DNA from: Escherichia phage kaset
Sequence record: PV245935.1
Length of the DNA: 64,000 nucleotides
Reading direction: 5' to 3' (one strand)
Every line of letters begins with the position of its first letter. The first letter of the stretch is position 1. Below are positions 10,218 to 19,310 of this stretch, in pieces. Under the pieces are notes generated by a model. It was given only the letters and a program-made list of their open reading frames with translations, was not told where the DNA came from and did not search any database. Both the position numbers and the translations under genes were made by a program.

Positions 10218-10238
10218 TCTCTCTGAGAGGAATCTGTA

Positions 10239-10706
10239 ATGATTAACGTTTCCGGTTTTGGCGCTTCGATTCGTTTAGTGGCATCAAACACTTTTCCAAA
10301 TGGTGTAACTCTTTCTGATTTCGCAGATGATGCTGATCCGATTGACGCGCCTGATCTTCAAATCTCTGAAGCAGCAATGGGATTGAACGGTGACCTGGTA
10401 GTATGGAACCGTGCCAACCCTCTTGAAGTAGGCGTCAACATCATCCCTACTTCTGAAAGCGATGTGAACTTAGATGTTCTGGCAGCGGCTAACCGTGTAG
10501 GCAAGCGAAAGAACTCTGCGAAAGACGTGATCACCCTTATTCTGACCTACCCTTCTGGCATGGTCATTACACTGAACAAGGGCACTTTGACGACTGGCTC
10601 AGTAATTCCTGGCATCCAGTCTCAGGGTCGTGTAAAAACACGTCAATATCGCTTTAAGTTTGAGAACGTAGTCAAAACTGGCGTGAGCAACCAAGAGATT
10701 TTATAA
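10239..10706 (+). CDS. Tail tube-like protein, paralog 1
   Basis: RBS GAGAGG; N-terminus MINVSGFGASIRLVA matches paralog at 11657. Confidence 0.55.
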   Translation: MINVSGFGASIRLVASNTFPNGVTLSDFADDADPIDAPDLQISEAAMGLNGDLVVWNRANPLEVGVNIIPTSESDVNLDVLAAANRVGKRKNSAKDVITLILTYPSGMVITLNKGTLTTGSVIPGIQSQGRVKTRQYRFKFENVVKTGVSNQEIL

Positions 10707-11035
10707 TGTATCAAATACCACTTGACAGCGTACCTAACCAGAATATCAGCTTTAACGTTGACGGTGCTTATTGGCAGCTGCACATATTCGCCGCAATTGA
10801 GCACATGTGCGCAGATGTTTACCGCAATGGCGAATTGTTGATTCAGGGGGTACGTTGTTTTGGTGGTATACCAATGGTGCCTTATAAATATCTCATGATT
10901 GGGTACGGCAATTTTATTTTTGACAGCACACCCGATTATGAGAATTTTAACTCTGGCGGCTGTAATTTATATTACATGTCAGAATCTGAGTTGGCTGAAT
11001 TCCAGAAAACTGCTGAAGCGGAGTTTGCAATTTGA
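10706..11035 (+). CDS. Hypothetical tail protein
   Basis: ATG overlapping upstream stop (TAATG). Confidence 0.5.
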   Translation: MYQIPLDSVPNQNISFNVDGAYWQLHIFAAIEHMCADVYRNGELLIQGVRCFGGIPMVPYKYLMIGYGNFIFDSTPDYENFNSGGCNLYYMSESELAEFQKTAEAEFAI

Positions 11036-11388
11036 CAACTCTAACGATTGAAGTTAATGATAACAACGACCTGTTTCTGCCTGATGGAAGAAATTTGAAT
11101 ATTCTGTCAGGAGAAAAGGCCATGGTACAAGTTATCAAGGCGGCGCATCAAATGCGACTTGGTGAAGACTTGTACGATGTTGAAAACGGAGTCGATTATT
11201 TAGGCACTGTTTTCAAATCGCCCGTTGATGAAGACGGTGCGAGAAAGTCGATTGCAGATGCTATTCTGAAGAAAGCAGACGTTGCCGGAATCGACTCATT
11301 GACTGTCACCATCCAAAACGGTATTCTTGGATTCACCGCTGAAGTGGTGACTATTTATGGCGAACGTATAAAGGTGAGTAATCAATAA
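11032..11388 (+). CDS. Hypothetical tail protein
   Basis: Track ORF, TTG start overlapping upstream gene. Confidence 0.45.
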   Translation: MTTLTIEVNDNNDLFLPDGRNLNILSGEKAMVQVIKAAHQMRLGEDLYDVENGVDYLGTVFKSPVDEDGARKSIADAILKKADVAGIDSLTVTIQNGILGFTAEVVTIYGERIKVSNQ

Positions 11389-11654
11389 TGGCACAAGTAA
11401 TTCATTTTGCTAATGGCGTCATGAAATTTGGCGAAAAATTTGAAGACGCATCTGAATTATTTAACAAGACTTCAAAGCCTGTTGCGGAGAAGAAAGAACA
11501 GGTCGAAGAGAAGACATTAGAGTCGAAAGTTGATTTTGATTCAATGAGTGTCTCTGAATTGAAGGCTTATGCAAAGGAACATGAGATTGACATCAAAGGT
11601 CTTTCTTATAAGGATGAAATTCTTGCGGCAGTTAAATCTGCATCTGCGGAGTAA
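11388..11654 (+). CDS. Hypothetical acidic protein
   Basis: ATG overlapping upstream stop (TAATG). Confidence 0.5.
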   Translation: MAQVIHFANGVMKFGEKFEDASELFNKTSKPVAEKKEQVEEKTLESKVDFDSMSVSELKAYAKEHEIDIKGLSYKDEILAAVKSASAE

Positions 11655-11656
11655 AC

Positions 11657-12154
11657 ATGGTCAATATTAGTGGATTTGGCACAAGCATTAGAATTGTCGC
11701 TCTCCAATCTTTTCCTGTTGGGCTGAACATCAGTTCTTTGTCTGATGACCAGGATTCGCTAATTATTGAGGAAGTTGAATCAGTAGGCTATCAACTTACT
11801 TATGACGGCGGCATTTGTATTTACGACAAGGCCGCCGTCGTTCGCGTATCCATTTCGGTGATCCCAAACACTGAAGACGACATAAACCTAAAGCTTTTGC
11901 TTTCCGCTCGTAAAGGCGGATTCAAGTGGCTTCCTATACAGGATGTCACGTCAATGCTTATTACATATCCTGATGGCGGCAGAGTGGCATTTTCAAACGG
12001 AACCATCATCAGCGGTCCGCTTGGCGACTCCATTGAGCAATCCGGTCGTCGTAAGACAAACAGATACACATTCGTGTTTGCCAGCTACGGCGGCGCACAG
12101 AGCACATCGCAAATTGCAAAAGGCGTGGTGCAGAGCATATTGGGGTCAATTTAA
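11657..12154 (+). CDS. Tail tube-like protein, paralog 2
   Basis: N-terminus MVNISGFGTSIRIVA and C-terminal GRRKTNRYTFVF match 10239..10706 (SQGRVKTRQYRFKF). Confidence 0.55.
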   Translation: MVNISGFGTSIRIVALQSFPVGLNISSLSDDQDSLIIEEVESVGYQLTYDGGICIYDKAAVVRVSISVIPNTEDDINLKLLLSARKGGFKWLPIQDVTSMLITYPDGGRVAFSNGTIISGPLGDSIEQSGRRKTNRYTFVFASYGGAQSTSQIAKGVVQSILGSI

Positions 12155-12687
12155 TGGCTATCGATTTATTGTCATATAGTCTTTCCAACAGAAGCTTCAC
12201 AATAAGAAGCTTCAACCTTGGGGAAGTGTCAACGCTTGGTTGGGCAATTGTTAACGTTAAAATAAGACTCCAAGCAAAGATATTCAAGAACCAAAGGGAA
12301 GATGGAAGCTATATTGTCGATGGCAGAGTCAAAATGCCTAGAATATTGACTGTGACTGTAATAGCACAGACAAAAAGCGCATCCGACGCAATCGCAAAGA
12401 TGTTGCAGAACAGGTCCACGATATACACAATAAATTCTCGTGGGCTAATATTTGAACGTATGGTGCTGCAAAATAACAATTTCAGCCAAGACGCTGACAA
12501 TATAACTTCACAACCCATACAACTGGTCTTCCATGAGATATTAACACAGCAGGACGTGTCTATTCAAACAGCGCAAGCAGCCGACTCCACTGTCATTGAG
12601 CGCGGCATCGCTTATATAAAAGAGACTACTGCCAGCGTCACTGGCGTTGCAACAAAGGTGATGAATGGCATCAAGGGGATGTTCTGA
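12154..12687 (+). CDS. Hypothetical tail protein
   Basis: ORF overlapping upstream stop. Confidence 0.5.
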   Translation: MAIDLLSYSLSNRSFTIRSFNLGEVSTLGWAIVNVKIRLQAKIFKNQREDGSYIVDGRVKMPRILTVTVIAQTKSASDAIAKMLQNRSTIYTINSRGLIFERMVLQNNNFSQDADNITSQPIQLVFHEILTQQDVSIQTAQAADSTVIERGIAYIKETTASVTGVATKVMNGIKGMF

Positions 12688-13247
12688 TGGACTTTGTTTC
12701 GATTCTGCTTTCTGGTCAATCTCTGACCATAACGAATGAGTCGACAGGGCTTCCTGTCTGGACAAGGCTTTCTCCAGTGTCTGCAGAAATAACATCACCA
12801 GCAGAAACTACTCAATTTCCACTTGCTGGAACGGCGATGCAGGTGGTGGAAGTATCAAGCACATCCTCAGTAAGCAATTTACAGGCGGCAAAAGTAATAA
12901 TGCCAGCGCACATGGCGCTAAACGTAATTTGCAACGACCAATCGACTATTGAAAACATAATTAATACATTCGACAATGATGAAGTCACATTTTCGATAAC
13001 TTCTCGAAGCATAATTGCAAGCAAAATGTCGATGTCTGATGTCGAAATAACTCAGTCAGAAGAAAACCTGAATGGAGTCTCAATTGTAATAACATTTGAA
13101 CAGACGTCATTTAGTATTCAAGGAAGCTTTGACCCTAAACAGTCCGCAGATGAATCGTCAAATGGCGTGGCTATTAAAGAGCCAGTCAGTTTGACTACAA
13201 CTGTGAGTTCGTTATATAATAAAATAAAATCAACAGTAGGAATATAA
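12687..13247 (+). CDS. Hypothetical tail protein (possible tail assembly chaperone)
   Basis: Position just upstream of tape measure gene. Confidence 0.45.
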   Translation: MDFVSILLSGQSLTITNESTGLPVWTRLSPVSAEITSPAETTQFPLAGTAMQVVEVSSTSSVSNLQAAKVIMPAHMALNVICNDQSTIENIINTFDNDEVTFSITSRSIIASKMSMSDVEITQSEENLNGVSIVITFEQTSFSIQGSFDPKQSADESSNGVAIKEPVSLTTTVSSLYNKIKSTVGI

Positions 13248-13248
13248 A

Positions 13249-13665
13249 ATGAAGATCACCAATAAACAAACTGGTCGCAAAGTAGAAATTAAAATCAGCA
13301 AAATGACTGCGATGGAAGGTTGGAACATACAGCGACGATTCATCGAATTTGCGATGTCAAAAGACCCTGCCTTTCGTTCAGAATATACAATGGAAGTATT
13401 AAGCTTTGCGAAGGTTGAACTTGATGTCGGGCAAGAAATTCCTCTGAGCACTGGCGCACTTATTGACAACCATCTTGGCGACTGGGAAAACTTGAAATTG
13501 GTTTTCGAAGCGGTGTTGATGGAAAACGGAATCAACCCAGAGACTCACGCTGAACGTGAAGGATACTGGGAACAAGCTGGCGGCGAAATGGCTGCAGCAT
13601 TTATTGGCGAATCGATGCGATTAATCGCGCCATTCCTCAGCGGCGAGACTCCAAACAAGGGGTAA
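13249..13665 (+). CDS. Hypothetical tail protein (possible tail assembly chaperone)
   Basis: Position just upstream of tape measure gene. Confidence 0.45.
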   Translation: MKITNKQTGRKVEIKISKMTAMEGWNIQRRFIEFAMSKDPAFRSEYTMEVLSFAKVELDVGQEIPLSTGALIDNHLGDWENLKLVFEAVLMENGINPETHAEREGYWEQAGGEMAAAFIGESMRLIAPFLSGETPNKG

Positions 13666-13668
13666 ACT

Positions 13669-15849
13669 GTGTCTGACTCATTAGAAAAATTTGTTCTTCA
13701 ATATACGGTGGACTTGAAAGAGTCCATCAATCGTCTTGAGCAATTGCAAGATAAGGTTGATCAGACAAACAAAAAGGCAAAGTCCGCTGGTAAAGACTTC
13801 ACCGGAGCATTCAAAGATGTATTTGGTGAGTTGAAGCCTCTCACAGCTGAACTGGGGTCTATTGACGGAATCCTTGCGCGGCTTACTTATCGCTTTGCCG
13901 CGCTCGTTCCTGTTGTCGCAGGATTGGCTGTTGTAGTTAAATCAATCGTTGATGTTCGAAAAGAATATGAAGCGCAAAGGAAGCTTGGATTTGAAGCAGG
14001 ACTTTCACCAATCGGAGTGGAGCAACTACAGCGACAATTGAATGAAAGTTCAGGCGGCATCCTTGGTGCGCAGGGATCAAGGGATTTGATCAGCAAGGCT
14101 TCTAATCTCGCATTCAACGCATACACCAACCCCGATGTGATGAACAAGGACAACTTGCTGCTGAACAAGATGGGGACCAGTCCTTTCAACAGTAACGGCG
14201 GCATCAAAGACACAAACCAGCTGCTTGATGAAATTGGCACAAAGCTGAGAAGTGTGAATGAGCAGACCGCTCGTGCTATTGGTGCTCTGGCAGGTTTTAC
14301 CGCCGATGAAGTCCGTGCGCTTCGTGAGCGAAATCAATCAGTCAAAGAAAGTACCCGTATAAGCGACGAAGAAACCGCGAAGCTGCAAAGACAGCAGGCC
14401 GCGCTTGAAACGATACGAAACAGCATGGGCCAAATTCAAGAAGACTGGCGACGCATTGAACTGGTAATCGGTGAAAACGTGATGCCTGCATTCTCGACGC
14501 TTGTCAGCAAAACCGCCGATACAGTCGAAGGATTCCAGATGATGTTCCAAAGAATGTCTGATGGATGGTCCGAATTTGTCGACAATTTCATTGCTGACTT
14601 GAAGCACCCGTTTGATAAACAGGCGGCTGTCAACGAGCGCCACGAGCGTGCCGTTGATAGATGGATCACACAGATGGCAGACGGTGATGTGAAACGTCAG
14701 AGGAACCAGGAGCAAAACGCGGCTGAACAACGTTCTGCGCAAGCACTTTTCACTCGCGATATAAACCTGTTTTCAAGCGCCGTTTCAACCTTTGCTGGTG
14801 TTATTGATGAGCGACAAGCGTGGGCTGCATGGGCTGGTGAGATAGGACGAAGCGCAGGTCAATCCGCAATGCCTGGCACGCCAGCACTAAGCACTGGTGC
14901 GACCGTAGGCAACAACTTGGGGTCAGGCAATCCGACTGCATATGACTCAATCTATGAGGAAGCCTCCAAGCGTTATGGAATCCCTGTTGCGATGATGAAG
15001 GCCGTCACAGAAGTTGAATCCGGATTCAACCCTAATGCTGTGAGCGGAGCAGGCGCAACCGGATTGATGCAAATAATGCCTTCCAACTTCAAAGGTCTTG
15101 GAATCACGGACGGTAACGACCCAAGACAAAACATTATGGGAGGCGCTCAACTTCTCAAGGAATATTTAACTGCTGCCAATGGCGATTGGAATCTTGCTCT
15201 GACGATGTATCACGGCGGATACGACCGCAGCGGATGGGGGAAGAACACACGTGCATATCCTGGCAAGGTCATGGCTGCTCTCGACCGACAGGCGAATGGA
15301 GAATACGCCACAGGAGCGCCGCAAGGTGCACCAGTAACTCCAGTCCTTAGCGGTAGCGGAGCAGAAGCGCCGAAAGGCAGTTACGCACCAGTACAAGGCC
15401 AATCCCGCCAAACGGTGCAATACAGACAGTTGCAAGAAGCCATTGCAGGATACCTAAATGTGCCAGTTGAGCAGTTGATGCAAGGGCAAGTTAACAAAGG
15501 CGATATTGACTTTGCTCAAACTTACCTTAAACTTGGAACGCAAAGGGATTATATTAAAAACATGCAGCTGGCTTCAACTCCAGGCGTAAGACCGAACATT
15601 CAGGCCGAAGCGATGAAGAATGCTCGTCTTGCGGCATTCCAGCTTGAGGCATTCCAGAAATACGGCAGCGACCTTTCCGCTAATAGTCGACCTGGTGGGC
15701 GTGATATTACTATGGGTCAGAAAAACGTTGTCATCAACGTCAACGGCGCTCAAGACCCAAGAAGCACGGCATTCGAAACAAAACGAGTGCTTGAACAAGA
15801 TGATATCAATGACATAAACAACCTTACTGCTACACCTTTGAAGTGGTGA
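13669..15849 (+). CDS. Tail tape measure protein with lytic transglycosylase (SLT) domain
   Basis: 726 aa, N-terminal coiled-coil and TM segment; SLT motif EVESGFNPNAVSGAGATGLMQIMPSNF. Confidence 0.7.
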   Translation: MSDSLEKFVLQYTVDLKESINRLEQLQDKVDQTNKKAKSAGKDFTGAFKDVFGELKPLTAELGSIDGILARLTYRFAALVPVVAGLAVVVKSIVDVRKEYEAQRKLGFEAGLSPIGVEQLQRQLNESSGGILGAQGSRDLISKASNLAFNAYTNPDVMNKDNLLLNKMGTSPFNSNGGIKDTNQLLDEIGTKLRSVNEQTARAIGALAGFTADEVRALRERNQSVKESTRISDEETAKLQRQQAALETIRNSMGQIQEDWRRIELVIGENVMPAFSTLVSKTADTVEGFQMMFQRMSDGWSEFVDNFIADLKHPFDKQAAVNERHERAVDRWITQMADGDVKRQRNQEQNAAEQRSAQALFTRDINLFSSAVSTFAGVIDERQAWAAWAGEIGRSAGQSAMPGTPALSTGATVGNNLGSGNPTAYDSIYEEASKRYGIPVAMMKAVTEVESGFNPNAVSGAGATGLMQIMPSNFKGLGITDGNDPRQNIMGGAQLLKEYLTAANGDWNLALTMYHGGYDRSGWGKNTRAYPGKVMAALDRQANGEYATGAPQGAPVTPVLSGSGAEAPKGSYAPVQGQSRQTVQYRQLQEAIAGYLNVPVEQLMQGQVNKGDIDFAQTYLKLGTQRDYIKNMQLASTPGVRPNIQAEAMKNARLAAFQLEAFQKYGSDLSANSRPGGRDITMGQKNVVINVNGAQDPRSTAFETKRVLEQDDINDINNLTATPLKW

Positions 15850-15853
15850 TAAT

Positions 15854-16726
15854 TTGAAAAAGAGAATCCTTAAAGTCACCTTATCCATGCCGGATGGCAC
15901 AAGCCAAGTGCTTGATGAAGGGTTGATGCTTAGATGCCGAATCAAAAAGGCAGCACTTTCCGTTCAGAATAAGGCCACGATTGAAGTTGCAGGATTGACA
16001 GGGTACTTGAGAGAGTACCTGCTTTCTAACTTCACGGCATTCAACAAACGTCTGCGCGACCAAGGCCAGCTGGCGGCGAACTACGTCAACGTGACTATTG
16101 AAGCTGGATACAGAGAGGGGAGCGTAATCAGCAGCAACTTGGTATACAAGGGACAGGTGACGACGGTGGAGATAACAGCGCCGCCGCCGAATATCGTCAT
16201 CAGAATCACGTGTTATACAAACCAAATAAACAGAACTAAGTTCATAACTCAAGCCGCGCCATCCAACCCGACTTTCAAAGAGTTTGTGGAATGGTCTGCA
16301 AAACAAATGGACATCGACACTGTTATTTGCGACACGTCGATTAATAATCAGCGCCTTGTGAATCCAGGAAGAACGACATATGTTGCTGCTGCGCTGCTGC
16401 TTGAGATCCAGAACTATCAACGCAACTCAATCGCGGCATACATTGATGACGATACGTTAATTGTTAAGGATAAAGACAAAATTCTAAATCCAGACCAGAT
16501 TACAGTCATTGAGGAATTTGTCGGAATACCGATGTGGAACGAGTGGGGTGCAGACTTCACTTGTATGTATAACGCAGATTTGAAGCTTGCACAAGGTGTT
16601 AAATTCAAATCAGTCTTAAACCCAAGCTTGAACGACACCACATTTGTCATCATGCAACTTGAATATGATTTAGCGAGTCGTGATGATATATTTACGGTGA
16701 CGGGCGGCGTTGCACCATCGGCATAA
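15854..16726 (+). CDS. Tail/baseplate protein, hypothetical
   Basis: ORF following tape measure gene; TTG start in track. Confidence 0.5.
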   Translation: MKKRILKVTLSMPDGTSQVLDEGLMLRCRIKKAALSVQNKATIEVAGLTGYLREYLLSNFTAFNKRLRDQGQLAANYVNVTIEAGYREGSVISSNLVYKGQVTTVEITAPPPNIVIRITCYTNQINRTKFITQAAPSNPTFKEFVEWSAKQMDIDTVICDTSINNQRLVNPGRTTYVAAALLLEIQNYQRNSIAAYIDDDTLIVKDKDKILNPDQITVIEEFVGIPMWNEWGADFTCMYNADLKLAQGVKFKSVLNPSLNDTTFVIMQLEYDLASRDDIFTVTGGVAPSA

Positions 16727-16728
16727 AT

Positions 16729-17250
16729 ATGAGAAAGAATAAAATAATCGACTTGTTTGGCGTAACTTATGAAATTCATCAATTCAGCGCAATAGATGCA
16801 TTTGAAATGGTCGATGACATAAGTATATTAACCCCACTTGAATTATTGAGTGAATGTTATGTAATCAAATACGACGGGTCCAAAGTAAGGCTTAATTCTG
16901 AAAAAGTAATTAGCGAGGAAGTGAAAAGTATTCCTAATCACTTGCCGCCTAATCTTGTGTTGAAAGTATTGATGGAAGCCGTTAAAAAGCACAACTTTGG
17001 ATTCCTTAGCGATTGGAAAAGCACCAAAATTCCAAATAGATTCTTGGCTGATGCACCGACAGTAGAGCCTAATTATCTTGAGCCAATGGTTGCAAGTCTA
17101 ATAAATAACGGCCTTGCATCTTTAAAGGAGTTGGAAGAATACTATTCACTGCGTGATGCATTTGCCATGTTTGATGGTTTAATAGCAAAATCACTTAATG
17201 AAGCCTACTCAAACGAAGCTGCCATTAAAGAATCAAAGTCAAATCGCTAA
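16729..17250 (+). CDS. Tail/baseplate protein, hypothetical
   Basis: ATG start; in baseplate block. Confidence 0.5.
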   Translation: MRKNKIIDLFGVTYEIHQFSAIDAFEMVDDISILTPLELLSECYVIKYDGSKVRLNSEKVISEEVKSIPNHLPPNLVLKVLMEAVKKHNFGFLSDWKSTKIPNRFLADAPTVEPNYLEPMVASLINNGLASLKELEEYYSLRDAFAMFDGLIAKSLNEAYSNEAAIKESKSNR

Positions 17251-17307
17251 AATATTGCTTATAGACTCCTTATAGATTATAATTTGTTGATCAGATATAA
17301 GGAGTCT

Positions 17308-18036
17308 ATGATGGCAGAAAAGTTAACCCAACTTACAAGCCCCAACCAAACTGACAAATCAAGTATGTTTGCCGCGCTTCAGGGAATGCTGGACCGTGGC
17401 AAGTATACCACTGACGGCATGATTCCTGCGCAAGTAATATCTTATGACCGCGCTAAAAATTTAGCAGTCATAAAACCTGTAATTCATTTCGTAAGTCTTG
17501 ATGATAAACCAGTGGAGCGTCAACCTTTGGTGTCAATTCCGGTATTGGCAATCGGCGGCGGCGGCTTCGTGATTAACTTCCCTTTGAAGGAAGGGGACTT
17601 GGGCTGGATATTCGCTGGCGACCGCGAGTTGTCGACATTCCTTGAAGAATTGAAGCCGACTGCGCCTACCAATGGCCGTGTAAAAACTTTCGCTGATGGA
17701 CTGTTCATACCGGATGTATTCCGAAAATACACCATAAGCGGAGAGGATGCAGGGTCAATGGTAATTCAATCCCTCAGCGGCGCTGTGAGAATTGCACTAA
17801 GCGATGACTCAATAAACATAACTGCGTCTGCTGGAGTAAACGTCAAGACCCCGATAACCACTATCGATCAACAATTGATAGTAAATGGAAAGGCAACATT
17901 CAATGGTGGGATAGAAGGCAAAGAAGGAACGACGGCAACGCTTCCGACTGGCACAACGGTCGGCGGCATTGATGTATCCACTCACGGGCATATCGGTAAC
18001 GGGCCTGGAAACAGAACTGGGAATATGATAGAATGA
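17308..18036 (+). CDS. Putative baseplate spike/hub protein
   Basis: ATG 17308 preceded by AAGGAG; Gly-rich C-terminal beta-like repeats ending in HGH. Confidence 0.45.
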   Translation: MMAEKLTQLTSPNQTDKSSMFAALQGMLDRGKYTTDGMIPAQVISYDRAKNLAVIKPVIHFVSLDDKPVERQPLVSIPVLAIGGGGFVINFPLKEGDLGWIFAGDRELSTFLEELKPTAPTNGRVKTFADGLFIPDVFRKYTISGEDAGSMVIQSLSGAVRIALSDDSINITASAGVNVKTPITTIDQQLIVNGKATFNGGIEGKEGTTATLPTGTTVGGIDVSTHGHIGNGPGNRTGNMIE

Positions 18037-19304
18037 GTGCACAATATTCTTACATAGTAAGCACTGGTGTGATCACCATTGACACGGCAGATTTATTGGC
18101 TGATGTTCAAGGTGAATGGATTGAGTCTTTAGGGGTCGGGCTTGATGTTGATGCTTCGACGCCGCAAGGCACGCTAATCGCAACAGAGACATTGGCAAGA
18201 ACTTCAGTGATGAAGAACAATGCCGAATTGGGAAGTCTCATCAACCCTAACTACTCATATGGAGTATATCTTGATGCAATCGCGGCGCTTCTTGGTATCG
18301 AGCGAACAAAGAACGTAAGCACGATGTTGAAAGGTGTGACTGCAGAGGGAACGCCGCTGCTGGAAATTCCTGCTGGAAGTCTTCTTACTGATTCAAATGG
18401 TACATACTGGTATGTTCTGGAAGACGTTCAAATCACTTCGACTGGCAAGACAAGCAATATGACTCTTGCGTCAAAAGATTATGGATCATTCACTGTTGCG
18501 CCTGATGAAGAGTTTACAGTGGTGCAAGGTTATGACGTCATCGGATGGTCAAGAACTTATTCAACGTCGGCAACAACGACCGTGCCAGGAACACAATACA
18601 TGAGCGACGGAGCATTAAAGGCCGCTCGTGTTAAGCGTCTTTACCAGCAGGGCATTGCATCGCTTGGTGCCATTCGCGCTCGCGCCATGTCGGTCGACGG
18701 TGTAGAATCTGTGATGGTCGTGGAGAACGACACAGGAGCGCCTGGAACGGTGCGCGGCATCACCTTCTCAACGCCTAACGGTGTTTGGGTGTGCGCAAGC
18801 GGAACATTTGACAAGCAAGTGTTTGCGGAGACGATATTCAAGGCGAAGATGGGCGGTCAACCTTGGGACTTTGGCGCTGCTAATCAAGGTGATCCGGTAA
18901 ACTCGCCTGATGGAATCGAAGTGGTCGATGCAGAATCACAGCTGTCTTATTTCGTCAAATTCAACACTGCAGTGATATATGATTTGTATGTTGATATAAC
19001 CGTTTCAAGAGGAACGGCTACCGCTGATGCTGAGTCTATCATTGCCGCTGTGCTGAATTACGGCAATGGCAATTTTAACGGTGAGCAGGGATATACAGTA
19101 GGCCAATCTCAATCTTCTTTTGAAATTGCTTCAGCAGTATCCTGTGAATATCCAGGACTTTATATCAAAGATTGCAAAATTGCAGCAGTCAAAAGCGGAC
19201 AGGCAGCGCCAACTTATCCTTCCGATTATGGCAGCGAGTGGATTGCCAATCCATGGGATAAGGCCAATACTATGCGCGGCTTCATCAACGTTAAATTTGT
19301 GTGA
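18033..19304 (+). CDS. Baseplate protein (J-like by position)
   Basis: 423 aa; ATGA overlap with upstream gene; position in baseplate block. Confidence 0.45.
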   Translation: MSAQYSYIVSTGVITIDTADLLADVQGEWIESLGVGLDVDASTPQGTLIATETLARTSVMKNNAELGSLINPNYSYGVYLDAIAALLGIERTKNVSTMLKGVTAEGTPLLEIPAGSLLTDSNGTYWYVLEDVQITSTGKTSNMTLASKDYGSFTVAPDEEFTVVQGYDVIGWSRTYSTSATTTVPGTQYMSDGALKAARVKRLYQQGIASLGAIRARAMSVDGVESVMVVENDTGAPGTVRGITFSTPNGVWVCASGTFDKQVFAETIFKAKMGGQPWDFGAANQGDPVNSPDGIEVVDAESQLSYFVKFNTAVIYDLYVDITVSRGTATADAESIIAAVLNYGNGNFNGEQGYTVGQSQSSFEIASAVSCEYPGLYIKDCKIAAVKSGQAAPTYPSDYGSEWIANPWDKANTMRGFINVKFV

Positions 19305-19310
19305 GGAACT

